Below are positions 8,810 through 18,345 of a stretch of DNA of 64,000 bases, piece by piece; positions within the stretch are counted from its first letter, which is position 1; each line of letters starts with the position of its first letter. Location of the stretch: positions 1 to 64,000 of the IMG/VR virus record IMGVR_UViG_3300042399_001709, one strand, 5' to 3'. The notes beneath the pieces are model-generated. The model was not told where the DNA came from, ran no database searches, and worked only from the letters and a program-made list of their open reading frames with translations. Source of the DNA: a virus. Made by a program: the position numbers and the translations under genes.

Positions 8810-10606
8810 GTGGATTTTAAGGTTTATACGAATGCCCTGAAAGCATACGAGGCGTCAAACGGCGACCTTTATGTTACCGGGACGACATCTTCGACAATCC
8901 GTGACCTGCATGGCGATGAGATGACACTCAACGCCATTAAGACCATGGCCGATACGGCCAAGCAGAACATGACGATCTTCCTTAACCACAATTACAACGT
9001 ACCGCAAGACCTTTTTGGCTCCGTAAAGGACGCCCGCGTCGTAAAGCGCTTTGACGCCGAGACCAACTCCGAAGTTTACGACCTTGACATTGACGTCTTG
9101 GTGTGCAAAGAAGACGAGAACCCAGAGGCTATGCGCGCCTTTAAGGCTATTAAGCGCGGCGTTAAGCTTGGCTTGTCTATTGGTGCCCGGGTAGACCGTG
9201 TTTCAAAGAAAAAGGACGCCAATACCGGCGACGATACATACGTTATTGATTCTGTCAAGCTTATGGAAGCGTCTGTGGTTGGCATCCCGGCCAATCAGCG
9301 CTCATACCTTCAGAATGCCCTCAAGAGCCTAAAGGCTGCCGAGCAAGCTGGCGAAGTTGTGGTTAACCGCAAGGCCGAAGGCCTATCCACGGGTGATTTT
9401 GTCTCCTGGGGCTCAAGCGGCGGAACGGCTCGGGGGAAAATTACCCGCGTTGTTCGAGACGGCAAGATTAATGTGCCTGGCTCTGAATTTACAATTACGG
9501 GGACCCCAGAGGACCCGGCCGCGCTCATTAGGGTTTACCGAAAGGGCTCTGAGGGCTGGGCTGCAACGGAAACGCTTGTTGGGCACAAATTCTCTACCTT
9601 GCGCAAAATTGAAGCGCTTAAGAGCGCTCTAGATTTTGAGGGCCAGGTTGTTACTGTTTTTGACGATTCTGATGGCGACAGCTCGGATGCCGCCGGGACT
9701 AATAATTCCTTGGAGGAAACTCCTTCAGGAATTGAATCTGCGGCCAACGAGCCGACAGAGATCGACTCCAGCCCAGCAGTTTCGATTGACGCTGTAGAGG
9801 TTGTTGATGAATATGAGCAAAAGGGCGATGTGGATAGTTCCGCTAATTCCTTGCTCGCTGAAGGAGAAACTATCGTGGAAAGTGAAAAGGCCACGCGGGT
9901 CACCGTCACTGTCACGCAGAGCGATGACAAGGATAAGGTTAAGCCCGCACAAGAGAACCAGGCCGAAGAGGCCGATGGCGTGGAGGCTGAGGCCGCCGTT
10001 GCCAAGTCTGATACTGAGCCCGTAGCGGAACCAGTCGTCGAGGAGCCGGCCGTTGAGCCAGCTGTTGACGAGCCTGCCGCTGACGAGCCTGCCGCTGAAG
10101 AGGTCGTTGATCCGGCCATTGAAGTATTGCAGGCCCTTGGGGCTGTCCTTGTTCGTGCAAGCGCCACTGAGCGCGCGCGAATCATTTCTAAGGTCGCTGA
10201 GCTCGCCTCTGATGGCGAGCCTGAGGCTGTGGCTGTGGCTGAAGAGCCAACGCCCGAAGTTACGCCTGAGGTTGCGGCGGAGCCAGTTTTGGCCCCTGCG
10301 GAGCCTGAGGCGGAGGTTGCTGTCGAAGCTCCGGCTTCTGACGAGGTGACCGCTATCGCCAAGTCTGCGCTAGATGCAGCCTTTGCCGCTCAGCGGGAGG
10401 TCGCAGCCGTCAAGGCTCAGTTGACCGAACTGCTTAGCCAGAAGGCCACGGTCGAGGCTGATCTTGCAAAGGCACTTGATGTCGTCGGACGCTTGATGGA
10501 TCTTCCATCCGGCCGCAAGTCGTATTCAGTTGCTTCAAACAATTCCGGGACGAATGCCCCTTGGCTTTCGCCTGTTATCCAGCGCATGCTGGAAAGTGAG
10601 GAGTAA
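8810..10606 (+). CDS. HK97-type prohead protease with a Tudor-like (DUF2945-like) domain and an acidic scaffold region
   Basis: RDLHGDEM, FLNH, GLSIG, LMEASVVGIPAN; GDFVSWGSSGGTARGKI; E/A/P-rich tail ending in a coiled coil; GTG start after GGGAGG. Confidence 0.9.
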   Translation: MDFKVYTNALKAYEASNGDLYVTGTTSSTIRDLHGDEMTLNAIKTMADTAKQNMTIFLNHNYNVPQDLFGSVKDARVVKRFDAETNSEVYDLDIDVLVCKEDENPEAMRAFKAIKRGVKLGLSIGARVDRVSKKKDANTGDDTYVIDSVKLMEASVVGIPANQRSYLQNALKSLKAAEQAGEVVVNRKAEGLSTGDFVSWGSSGGTARGKITRVVRDGKINVPGSEFTITGTPEDPAALIRVYRKGSEGWAATETLVGHKFSTLRKIEALKSALDFEGQVVTVFDDSDGDSSDAAGTNNSLEETPSGIESAANEPTEIDSSPAVSIDAVEVVDEYEQKGDVDSSANSLLAEGETIVESEKATRVTVTVTQSDDKDKVKPAQENQAEEADGVEAEAAVAKSDTEPVAEPVVEEPAVEPAVDEPAADEPAAEEVVDPAIEVLQALGAVLVRASATERARIISKVAELASDGEPEAVAVAEEPTPEVTPEVAAEPVLAPAEPEAEVAVEAPASDEVTAIAKSALDAAFAAQREVAAVKAQLTELLSQKATVEADLAKALDVVGRLMDLPSGRKSYSVASNNSGTNAPWLSPVIQRMLESEE

Positions 10607-10610
10607 AATC

Positions 10611-11837
10611 ATGAGCGAACTTAACGAAAAGTTGCAGGACGTTCAGAAGGGCCTTGATGCCCTTGCTGATGCCCCGCACCTCGTCGGCCGTGCTGCCGAT
10701 GAGTCAATCGACGTAGCCGATGCTTATGCTACGCAGCGCGAGCTTCGCAAGAAGTTCTCGAAGATGAGCCGCGCCGACCTCGGCGAGGCCCTTGACATTC
10801 AGGCTACCCGCGAAGCGGGCAAGCAGGCTTCGTCCGACATTCTTAACCGCCTTGCGGTTGCGAATCCGAACATTGCCAAGCTGCTCGATGCGAGCGGTGG
10901 CGCGGCTCTTATCCGACAGGATCTCGAGCCAATTCTTTACGCCTTGTTCGTAAAGAAGTTCCCATTCTTTGAGCGCATCCGCAAGGAGCCGGCAAACGGC
11001 CTCGTGCACGCGTTCAATCAGCAGTCAGCCTTTGGCGATGCAGTCTTCCAGACGGAGACCGGCACCGTTACGGACGACACGAACACCTATGCACGACAGA
11101 CGACCAACGTGGCCGTTCTGGCGACCCGCCGTGGTATCACCCTGAAGTCGCAGTTTGCGATTACCCAGGGCGGCGCTCCGGGGCAGCAGGGCCTTTCGAC
11201 TGAGCTTGAGGGTGGCGTAACCGCTATCGCCAAGAAGCTTCAGAAGACCCTCTTCCAGGGCAACTCGACGAACACCACCGGTGTGACCACCAACGAGCTC
11301 GGCGCATACGATGCGAACGGGTTTGACGGTCTCCGCAAGCTCCTTGGATCAGCGGCTGGCACTGCCCAGATCGCAACCAAGGGTACTGCTGCTTATCTTA
11401 AGACGATCAACGAGAACGTCGCCAGCATCTTGAATGCCGGTGGCAGCCCCTCAGCGATCCTCTGCTCGCCTACGGACTACGCCGGTCTTGTGAACGAAGT
11501 GACGAACCTTGTTCGTTACAACGCTCCAGGGCAGTCGGGTAACGTAATGGGTCTTACGCTCGGTTCCGTTGTCACGGCCGCTGGGGAGCTTCCGCTCCTT
11601 TCGGTTCCTGGCGACAGCATCGGGAATTATACCGTGAGCTCGGTTGATAGCCGCGACATGTATGTCATCGACGAGTCAGTCTGGTCGATGCCTTACCTTG
11701 GGTCGGACTCGATCACCACGCTGGAGATTCCAGTGGGCGTGAACGGTTCCCTTTCCCGTCTTTACATCATGTACTGCATGTACGGTCTTGCAAACAAGGC
11801 CCCTCAGTTCAATGGAAAGATTCGCGTAGCCGTCTAA
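10611..11837 (+). CDS. Major capsid protein (HK97 fold)
   Basis: Follows the protease; GAALIRQDLE, LFQGN, FDGLRKL, ILCSP; GAGGAG RBS; terminator downstream. Confidence 0.9.
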   Translation: MSELNEKLQDVQKGLDALADAPHLVGRAADESIDVADAYATQRELRKKFSKMSRADLGEALDIQATREAGKQASSDILNRLAVANPNIAKLLDASGGAALIRQDLEPILYALFVKKFPFFERIRKEPANGLVHAFNQQSAFGDAVFQTETGTVTDDTNTYARQTTNVAVLATRRGITLKSQFAITQGGAPGQQGLSTELEGGVTAIAKKLQKTLFQGNSTNTTGVTTNELGAYDANGFDGLRKLLGSAAGTAQIATKGTAAYLKTINENVASILNAGGSPSAILCSPTDYAGLVNEVTNLVRYNAPGQSGNVMGLTLGSVVTAAGELPLLSVPGDSIGNYTVSSVDSRDMYVIDESVWSMPYLGSDSITTLEIPVGVNGSLSRLYIMYCMYGLANKAPQFNGKIRVAV

Positions 11838-11859
11838 TCTAGGATACCTTCGGGTAAAT

Positions 11860-11896
11860 GAAGAGGGGCGGGGGAGACCCCGTCCCTCTTCTTTTT
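11860..11896 (+). terminator. Intrinsic terminator after the capsid gene
   Basis: GAAGAGGGGCGGGG-GAGA-CCCCGTCCCTCTTC-TTTTT, preceded by a small TACC-TTCG-GGTA hairpin. Confidence 0.85.
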
Positions 11897-11906
11897 GGAG
11901 TCCACT

Positions 11907-12140
11907 ATGGCAAAACGAAGAAAAAACCGGAAGATTGAGCACCACGAGCTAATGGCAAAGAAGGCAATTGCGTTTGCTATTGCCAACAACCCCTCTTACC
12001 TGGTAGAAATTACTTGGGAGTTTGGTAACAAAATTATGCTTTCCGACGATTCGGTTCTTGAGTTTAAGAACGGAAGGGCCAAAGTCCCGCTCGCGCTTCT
12101 TTCAGAGGTGGAGCGACACGGGTGCAAGCGCGCCCAATAA
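11907..12140 (+). CDS. Hypothetical head-module protein
   Basis: GGAG RBS; lies in the structural operon. Confidence 0.6.
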   Translation: MAKRRKNRKIEHHELMAKKAIAFAIANNPSYLVEITWEFGNKIMLSDDSVLEFKNGRAKVPLALLSEVERHGCKRAQ

Positions 12141-12152
12141 AAGGAGAAAACC

Positions 12153-12476
12153 ATGGTTGACCTTAATAGCATTCTTGGAAAGTCCGAAGACAAGTCTGAG
12201 GAGAAGGCCGTAGCGGCCGCTGCCCCAGCCGTTGTGGCCCCGGTCGCCGTGGCCCCTGTCGTTTCCACCCCAGTTGTAGCTGCTCCAGTTGGCGACAAGC
12301 CAGCAGTTGGCAGTGGCTGGGAAGTTGCCCCAGGCATTTGGCAGATTGTCGTCCCCGTAACGGGCTCGTTCACTCTTCCGGACGGCCGATGGGTTCGTCC
12401 AACTGAGCAGGATGGCGTTTCGCGCGCTGCTGTGCCAGTTGAGTGGATTGAATACGTAAAGGCTCTTGGAAAGTAA
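12153..12476 (+). CDS. Hypothetical Ala/Pro/Val-rich head-module protein
   Basis: AAGGAG RBS; low-complexity linker followed by a small domain. Confidence 0.65.
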   Translation: MVDLNSILGKSEDKSEEKAVAAAAPAVVAPVAVAPVVSTPVVAAPVGDKPAVGSGWEVAPGIWQIVVPVTGSFTLPDGRWVRPTEQDGVSRAAVPVEWIEYVKALGK

Positions 12477-12529
12477 TCGTAGGCGGGACGACGTGGACCG
12501 CCGCCATATGAAAGGCGGATCGTAGCAAC

Positions 12530-13462
12530 ATGGCAAGTCTTGTCAAAATAGGCGTCCCGAATATTATATCCGACATCTCGACGTACAACCGCGTAGAAAT
12601 TGGCCGTGCCAATAACGAAACGGATGCTACGTCGAGAACGGGTACTTGGAGCTCCATTGGCTATCAGGCCCTAGTTGCGAACGTTGGAACATACGATTAC
12701 GTCGACAATGACGGCACATCTGTTTCGTGGTATTCCTATCGTTTGAATAACAGCAGCACCGGCGTAAACGGCTCATACTCGACCCCGGCCCCTGGCCGAC
12801 ACTTTGGATACCTTGGCGTCGATGAGTTTCGAGAGTACGAACTGGGAGACCTGACAAACCCAGACGGTACAGAGCTTACCGATAATAAGATTCGTCAGGT
12901 CATTAAGGTTGCTAGCTCGCTTGTTGACTCTTACGTTGGCTATACGTTTGACCACCGAAGCTCAACAGAGAAGCATCGCTGGGACCAGAAAACCCGCAGG
13001 ATTTACCCGGTCCATCGATCTATTATCTCCGTTGAAAACGTAAGGGTGTACGTGAGCGCTCAGCAGTCTGCTGCATTTACAGTTAATGACATTTTCATTA
13101 ACTCTGATCGCGGGTACGTCGAGATTACCTCCCTCGCCAACGTGACCTACTCGCTCTTCCCGGCAATTGTTGCCCTTGGAATGATTGAGCCGGTTGTTGA
13201 AATTACCTATACCCATGGGGCGTCGGTTCCGCCGCAGGACATCAAAGATGCGACAGCCCTTGTCACTGTTGAGCTTTTGGCCCGCGACAGCCTTGCCAAG
13301 CAGGGCCTCCAGGCAATTAGCCGCCTCCGCGTCGGTGAGATGGAAATCTACTCTAACGAGGCTGGCCAGGGTGGCTCACGAGCAAAGAGAGACCCAGCTG
13401 CTGCAATCCCATTGGCAGCAACAATGCTGCTAGATCAATACATCAGGCCGGTTATTAAATGA
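12530..13462 (+). CDS. Head-tail connector/adaptor with N-terminal Fn3-like region
   Basis: IKVASSLVDSYVG, VEITYTHG..VPPQDIKDAT, LLDQY pattern of gp6-like adaptors. Confidence 0.8.
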   Translation: MASLVKIGVPNIISDISTYNRVEIGRANNETDATSRTGTWSSIGYQALVANVGTYDYVDNDGTSVSWYSYRLNNSSTGVNGSYSTPAPGRHFGYLGVDEFREYELGDLTNPDGTELTDNKIRQVIKVASSLVDSYVGYTFDHRSSTEKHRWDQKTRRIYPVHRSIISVENVRVYVSAQQSAAFTVNDIFINSDRGYVEITSLANVTYSLFPAIVALGMIEPVVEITYTHGASVPPQDIKDATALVTVELLARDSLAKQGLQAISRLRVGEMEIYSNEAGQGGSRAKRDPAAAIPLAATMLLDQYIRPVIK

Positions 13463-13782
13463 TTCCAGGCTTCAACAAGATTATCTCGCTTACCCGACCA
13501 GGCCTTACCGGGCAGGACTCAATTGGAAGTCCGGTAATTACTAATGCTGCTGTCTGGACAAAGAACGGTCACTACCAGCAGGCATACCACCAGGAGAACA
13601 TTGGCCCGGCTGGACGCTCGGTAAAAGACGTGTACAAGTTCTGGCTGCCGTTTGCTCGCGGTGAATACCGGCCACAGGTCAACGACATTCTTACGGTTGA
13701 TGGTAAGAACTTTTCCGTCGTTGAGACTGGCCAGGAGGCCTTGAACCATCACCTTCTAGTGGTAGCCAGGATTACTGAATAA
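13459..13782 (+). CDS. Head closure / head-tail joining protein
   Basis: Size, position and the DILTVDGKNFSV...HHL motif. Confidence 0.7.
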   Translation: MIPGFNKIISLTRPGLTGQDSIGSPVITNAAVWTKNGHYQQAYHQENIGPAGRSVKDVYKFWLPFARGEYRPQVNDILTVDGKNFSVVETGQEALNHHLLVVARITE

Positions 13783-13783
13783 T

Positions 13784-14467
13784 ATGGCAAAAGGTGAAGT
13801 TACTTTTAATATCAAATCGGCAGAAGAAAGTCTAAGGAAAGTTAGGAAGGTTCTCACGGAGTCAACAAAAGAACTAGAGCCTGCATTTGCGGGTGCCGCC
13901 GTCAAGATCGTTACTGATGCGGTATATGGTGGCCCCTCAAGCCTTGCCGGAATGGCCTCCGACCTTGCCCCGGTTGACACTGGCGCATTGGTTGCCGGTC
14001 TTGAGTCTCCAGACTCCAATGAATCCTTTGATAAAGGCAGAACATCGCAAAGCGTGTTCTCTGTTTCCCCTGTGGGCAAACGTGGCGTTCAATATGTTTC
14101 CGTGACATATGGCACAGATCCGACGGACAAGGACGGAATGCCTTACGCTGAAGCAGCTCCTGGCGACTTTCTTTCTGCTCCAGCAGCAAAATTTCGCGGC
14201 CAAATGCAATCCATCGGCAACGAAATCTCTCGATCTATTGCGGCTATTATTGCATCAAACCTAAAAGTTGCCACGGCTAAGGGCGGCGGCTACGTTCCAG
14301 CCAAAACAAAGCTAAGCACCTGGGGCGTAGTAAAGCTTATAGAAAAGTTTGGGACCGCGCCCATTGAATCAGCCAGTGGCCGTGGCTACGGCTACCGAAA
14401 ACTTGCATCAATGTCGCGGTCCCGGTACCGGCGCATTATGAGCCAGCGACGCTCCCGGCTTAAGTAA
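13784..14467 (+). CDS. HK97 gp10-like neck/tail completion protein
   Basis: APVDTGAL motif, PYAE; Arg-rich C-terminal extension. Confidence 0.7.
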   Translation: MAKGEVTFNIKSAEESLRKVRKVLTESTKELEPAFAGAAVKIVTDAVYGGPSSLAGMASDLAPVDTGALVAGLESPDSNESFDKGRTSQSVFSVSPVGKRGVQYVSVTYGTDPTDKDGMPYAEAAPGDFLSAPAAKFRGQMQSIGNEISRSIAAIIASNLKVATAKGGGYVPAKTKLSTWGVVKLIEKFGTAPIESASGRGYGYRKLASMSRSRYRRIMSQRRSRLK

Positions 14468-15728
14468 GTCGAATCAAATACTCAGCGGTCACGCCGTCCT
14501 TGTGCTGGAATAGCAGCCACTGGCACGGCTCTCCGGCAGAAGCAAGCAGCTCCTGAGCGTAGGTGTTTGAGCTCTCGGTCGAGCCACCGCTCCAGTGGGT
14601 AATCCCATTGAGGTACATGCGTGTCGGGGTGTGGAAGTGGCCAGCTGCGCTGTAATCAAACGGCGCCACGGTCATGTTCCATCCCTGAAGCTTCTTGCCA
14701 AAGCCGTACCAGGGGAAGCCGGCAAATCCGCCGGAGACCTGATCCCCGTGGAACAGGAACCAAGTCTTTCCCTTGACTTCGTCGGTTGCAAACCAGGCGC
14801 GCTCGCCCTTGGCAAGAGTTTCAACCCACTCAACGTTCTTCTGCTCCTTTACGAGCATTGATGCAATCCGGTACATCATCGCGTCAGCGTTTGATTCCGG
14901 ATGGAACGTTCCCTTTCGGCCAAGTCGTCCGTGGTTGCCAATGACCCCAACAACCTTGACATGCTCAAAAGAGCCAGCAAGCTTGCGAATCAAGTCGGCA
15001 AGGATTTCTCCGCCGTGGAATACCTGGTTGTACAGGGACGCATCAACCAAGTGAGCCTGCCCAGGGAAAATATCTTCCCCCTCAATCAGGTCTCCAAGGA
15101 GGTATACGCGAACTTCCTTGACCGGGTGTGCCTTCCGCTGGATTTCAACCAGCTTCTGCACCTTCTCTGCCAACTGCGCAATGCGTTCTGCGCAGACTTC
15201 AGAATTGTAGGTTGGGGTAATCTTGCCAAGCTGCCAATCGGACAAAAGCAACACAGCAACCTCATCTTCGGCCTTTCGGGTGTCCGCCTTTGGCGGAGTA
15301 ACCGGCTTAAGATTCATTGCCGCCGCTGCTTCGTGTGCGGCTTGGTACACCGCCTGAATCAGCTCCTGCTTTGCAAGGTCCCTGTCGTCGAGCTTTCGCA
15401 GCGCCTTGCGATGGGCTGCCTTAAGGCGCTCAATCTCCGAAGTTGCCTCGTAGGCGGTTACTTCTCGTTCGGCAATTGAGCTAATGATATCAATGTTCTT
15501 TGACATTGTCACCCTTTCTCGCAGCGTTCCCGGGATTACGCTTGGCTTGCGGCCGTTTGTGATCCTGCGATCAATAAACGTACGCTGACCATTTAGCAAT
15601 CGGCCCCGCTGGAGGCTGTAGGAATTAAACGTTCGATCTGGGTAGATCGCAACGAACTCCTCATACTCAAGACGGACTGCGTCTTGCTTCTCTTGGGATG
15701 TCCAGTTTCGATATGAAGATGTAGCCAC
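14460..15728 (-). CDS. Calcineurin-like metallophosphoesterase with N-terminal extension
   Basis: LSDWQLG, LGDLIEG, GNHGR, FHGD, GHFH. Confidence 0.88.
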   Translation of the reverse strand: MATSSYRNWTSQEKQDAVRLEYEEFVAIYPDRTFNSYSLQRGRLLNGQRTFIDRRITNGRKPSVIPGTLRERVTMSKNIDIISSIAEREVTAYEATSEIERLKAAHRKALRKLDDRDLAKQELIQAVYQAAHEAAAAMNLKPVTPPKADTRKAEDEVAVLLLSDWQLGKITPTYNSEVCAERIAQLAEKVQKLVEIQRKAHPVKEVRVYLLGDLIEGEDIFPGQAHLVDASLYNQVFHGGEILADLIRKLAGSFEHVKVVGVIGNHGRLGRKGTFHPESNADAMMYRIASMLVKEQKNVEWVETLAKGERAWFATDEVKGKTWFLFHGDQVSGGFAGFPWYGFGKKLQGWNMTVAPFDYSAAGHFHTPTRMYLNGITHWSGGSTESSNTYAQELLASAGEPCQWLLFQHKDGVTAEYLIRLT

Positions 15729-15733
15729 AGTGA

Positions 15734-15907
15734 CTACTTCTTAGAAACTAGGGTCTTAGCCGGGGCCGCCTTGGTAGGGGCCGCCTTGGTAGGGGCTGCC
15801 TTCGCTGGGGCTGCCTTCTTGGCCTTTGGGGCTGCCTTCTTCGTCTTTGGGGCCGGCTTGCTCTTCTTTGTGCTGAAAAAGCCTTTGAGAGTATTTACAA
15901 AGCTCAT
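15734..15907 (-). CDS. Small Lys/Ala/Pro-rich histone H1-like protein
   Basis: KAAP repeats (KKAAPKAKKAAPAKAAPTKAAPTKAAP); upstream TGG-TATGCT extended -10. Confidence 0.65.
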   Translation of the reverse strand: MSFVNTLKGFFSTKKSKPAPKTKKAAPKAKKAAPAKAAPTKAAPTKAAPAKTLVSKK

Positions 15908-16052
15908 GTTCTTACCCTTTCTATGTTCAAAAACCAAGCTTGTGCTTGGCTGATGCGAGCATACCACACAAATCGTAGGTATGTCCAAATCAGTGTGGTC
16001 GCAGATTGCAAAAACGTAGATTCTTGTTGACTAAAAAGATACTATCCAAAGC

Positions 16053-16451
16053 ATGAATGGCGTGTACGAAACCTTTTTTAGCACCCTAGGCGGGGACGCC
16101 ACCCTGCAGACTCTGCTGGGCGGCACAAACACGGATAAAAAGGTTTATCCAATCAATTTTACGGGTAAAAGCGGCGCTCCAGCCATTCGAGTAGCTATTT
16201 TGGGCGGAGGCAGCGATATTGGGCTTGCCATTGACCGGCCTATTGTAGACATAGTAATCGTGAGCAAATTGAGCGCCGCAGAGATTAATACTATTGGCAA
16301 CCGGGTCGATGTGTTGCTTAATAGGAACCGACTGGCGGGCCCAGGTGGGGTTGTTCTCCACCTATCCCATAAAGTTACGCAACGGGACTTTTTCGATGAC
16401 CCGAGCTTGGAATACCGGCGTGTGATCCGGTACAGCGTCATCAAGACATAA
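16053..16451 (+). CDS. Tail terminator protein (DUF3168-like)
   Basis: L.GDATLQTLLG...KVYP...P; directly before the tail tube genes; TACTAT 7 nt before the ATG. Confidence 0.75.
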   Translation: MNGVYETFFSTLGGDATLQTLLGGTNTDKKVYPINFTGKSGAPAIRVAILGGGSDIGLAIDRPIVDIVIVSKLSAAEINTIGNRVDVLLNRNRLAGPGGVVLHLSHKVTQRDFFDDPSLEYRRVIRYSVIKT

Positions 16452-16464
16452 GGGAGAAATAAAT

Positions 16465-17127
16465 ATGCTTACACTTGGATCTGGTGTAGTCAAGGTGGCG
16501 TTCTGGAAGTCCGGAGCGGTCATTAATCAGACGAGCACCAACTACTTTGGTACGACCGGTGGCTACAACGCCGCTGGCGAGCTCGTAACGGTTGGCGAAG
16601 TCGGCGGCGACGTCGAGTTCGACATTAACTTCCAGGAGCGAGAGTTCTATGGTCAGTCCAACTTCCCAATTGCCAAGGCGTTCTTCGGCGGTAAGGCCGA
16701 TATTCGCGCACGTGGCGTTGAGATTAACTGGGACAACGTAAAGAACCTCTTCCACGTTTCGCTCGGTGAGGGCACCGACCTTAGCTCAACCGTTTATGGC
16801 AACGCCCATGACGACTTTACCGGTGGCTCGTACTCGGTCAACTTTGACCCAGACGGCGGCCGCCCGAACGCCAGCATTGCAAACGTGACTGCCCTCATGG
16901 GCCTGCCACGACCGCTGTACGTTAAGTTTGAGCACATTCGCTCGGACGACCCTTCAAAGTCGGTGATTATTCACCTACCGAAGGCATACAGCATGCAGCT
17001 CATGATGCCGTTCACCCGTGAAGACATTGCCCGACAGGACATTGACTTCTCGGCTGTTGTTGACCGCGATTGCGTCACGACCGTTGGTGGTGCTAAGACC
17101 CCAGCAGTTGTGCTGATCTCGGCGTAA
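16465..17127 (+). CDS. Major tail tube protein, paralog 1
   Basis: MLTLGSG, GEVGGDVEF, position between terminator and chaperone. Confidence 0.8.
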   Translation: MLTLGSGVVKVAFWKSGAVINQTSTNYFGTTGGYNAAGELVTVGEVGGDVEFDINFQEREFYGQSNFPIAKAFFGGKADIRARGVEINWDNVKNLFHVSLGEGTDLSSTVYGNAHDDFTGGSYSVNFDPDGGRPNASIANVTALMGLPRPLYVKFEHIRSDDPSKSVIIHLPKAYSMQLMMPFTREDIARQDIDFSAVVDRDCVTTVGGAKTPAVVLISA

Positions 17128-17150
17128 TAGAAATTTAGGGGGTTACGAAT

Positions 17151-18005
17151 ATGTTTACACTTGGTAGCGGCCGGCTCCAAATCGGTACTTGGATTTCCGG
17201 TGGTCTTTATACTCAGGTTGCGGGCGTCGCCGTAACCCCCTCAACTGCTAGCGGCTCCGTCCCAGCCGGCACGTACTATGTACGTGTCGCTGGGCGGAAC
17301 GCTGCCGGTACGGCAACTCCGTCGGCCCCGCTGACGGCAATCCTTAGCGCAACCGGGAAGCTTGATGTTTCCTGGACCGCGCTTTCCGGCGCCACAACGT
17401 ACGACGTGTATGTTGGAACCGTTTACAACTACGAATGGCTTCACACCAACACCGCCTCAACAACGGCCAGCATTACGGCCATTGTTGACCCAGCTAGCGC
17501 AGCCCTTGCTCAGTACCAAGGCATGCAGGACATTGGCGAAATTGGTGGCGACGTTGAGTTTGACATCTCCTTCCAAGAGCGTGAATTCTTTGGTCAGTTT
17601 AACTTCCCTATTGCTAAGGCACACTTTGGTGGCAAGTCAACCATCCGCGTCAGCGGACTTGAGCTTGACCCAATGCGCTTCTCGCGCCTCTTTAGCACTA
17701 CGCTGACCCATAATGGCTCGACAAGCATCTACCCAGGCACGTTGAACTTCCGCGAAAACCTTAACTTTGGTACAGCGGCTGTCAACCCACTTGACTTGTC
17801 GATGCTCCGCAACCGACCGGTTCGTGCAGTGTTCACGCACATCCGCTCAGATGATCCATCCAAGTCGGTGGAGATCACCGGCCATAAGGTTTGTATCTAT
17901 CAGCACAACATTCCGTTTACACGAGAGGACATCATCAAGGTTGACCTTGAGTTCAACCTTCAGTATGATTCCAGCACGGCGCAAATCGTGACAATCACGG
18001 CTTAA
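17151..18005 (+). CDS. Major tail tube protein, paralog 2, with inserted Fn3/Ig-like domain
   Basis: MFTLGSG, GEIGGDVEFDISFQEREF, HIRSDDPSKSV shared with paralog 1; insert GTYYVRVAGRN...VSWTALSGATTYDVY. Confidence 0.8.
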   Translation: MFTLGSGRLQIGTWISGGLYTQVAGVAVTPSTASGSVPAGTYYVRVAGRNAAGTATPSAPLTAILSATGKLDVSWTALSGATTYDVYVGTVYNYEWLHTNTASTTASITAIVDPASAALAQYQGMQDIGEIGGDVEFDISFQEREFFGQFNFPIAKAHFGGKSTIRVSGLELDPMRFSRLFSTTLTHNGSTSIYPGTLNFRENLNFGTAAVNPLDLSMLRNRPVRAVFTHIRSDDPSKSVEITGHKVCIYQHNIPFTREDIIKVDLEFNLQYDSSTAQIVTITA

Positions 18006-18051
18006 GCCGCCGAGCTTTTAGCGGACCCCTCCGGGGGCCAGGAGTGTTCAG

Positions 18052-18345
18052 ATGGCAACCCTTAATCAAGTACGCCCAACGCGCGTACTCACCCTCAACG
18101 ACCTCGCGGACATTGAGGATAAGTTTGGAGGCCTTGACAAGGTCGACCTTACCAAGTTCACTGTACTTCGTTATATCCTTTGGCTTGTCCTTCGCAAGGA
18201 TGACAACAAGATGGATGAGCGCGCGGTAGGTGACAAGTTCTCGCTCGATACAATGCGTGACGAAATCGACAAGGTGCTTCGCTCAAGCGGTCTCATCGGC
18301 AACGATGAGGGTGGCGTTTCCGAGGGAAAAGCTCCGGAGGCGTAA
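18052..18345 (+). CDS. Tail assembly chaperone (gpG-like)
   Basis: Between tail tube and tape measure genes; ends near the slippery site G GGA AAA. Confidence 0.82.
   Translation: MATLNQVRPTRVLTLNDLADIEDKFGGLDKVDLTKFTVLRYILWLVLRKDDNKMDERAVGDKFSLDTMRDEIDKVLRSSGLIGNDEGGVSEGKAPEA
18324..18330 (+). other. -1 programmed ribosomal frameshift site GGGAAAA
   Basis: X XXY YYZ heptamer in the correct phase; the -1 frame is open and continuous with 18375..18608. Confidence 0.85.

Noticed and set aside
9535-10362. 275-aa Ser/Ala-rich antisense ORF (and similar antisense ORFs over the TMP, PT-rich and fibre genes)
   Set aside because: These are reverse-complement shadows of low-complexity, codon-biased coding sequence.
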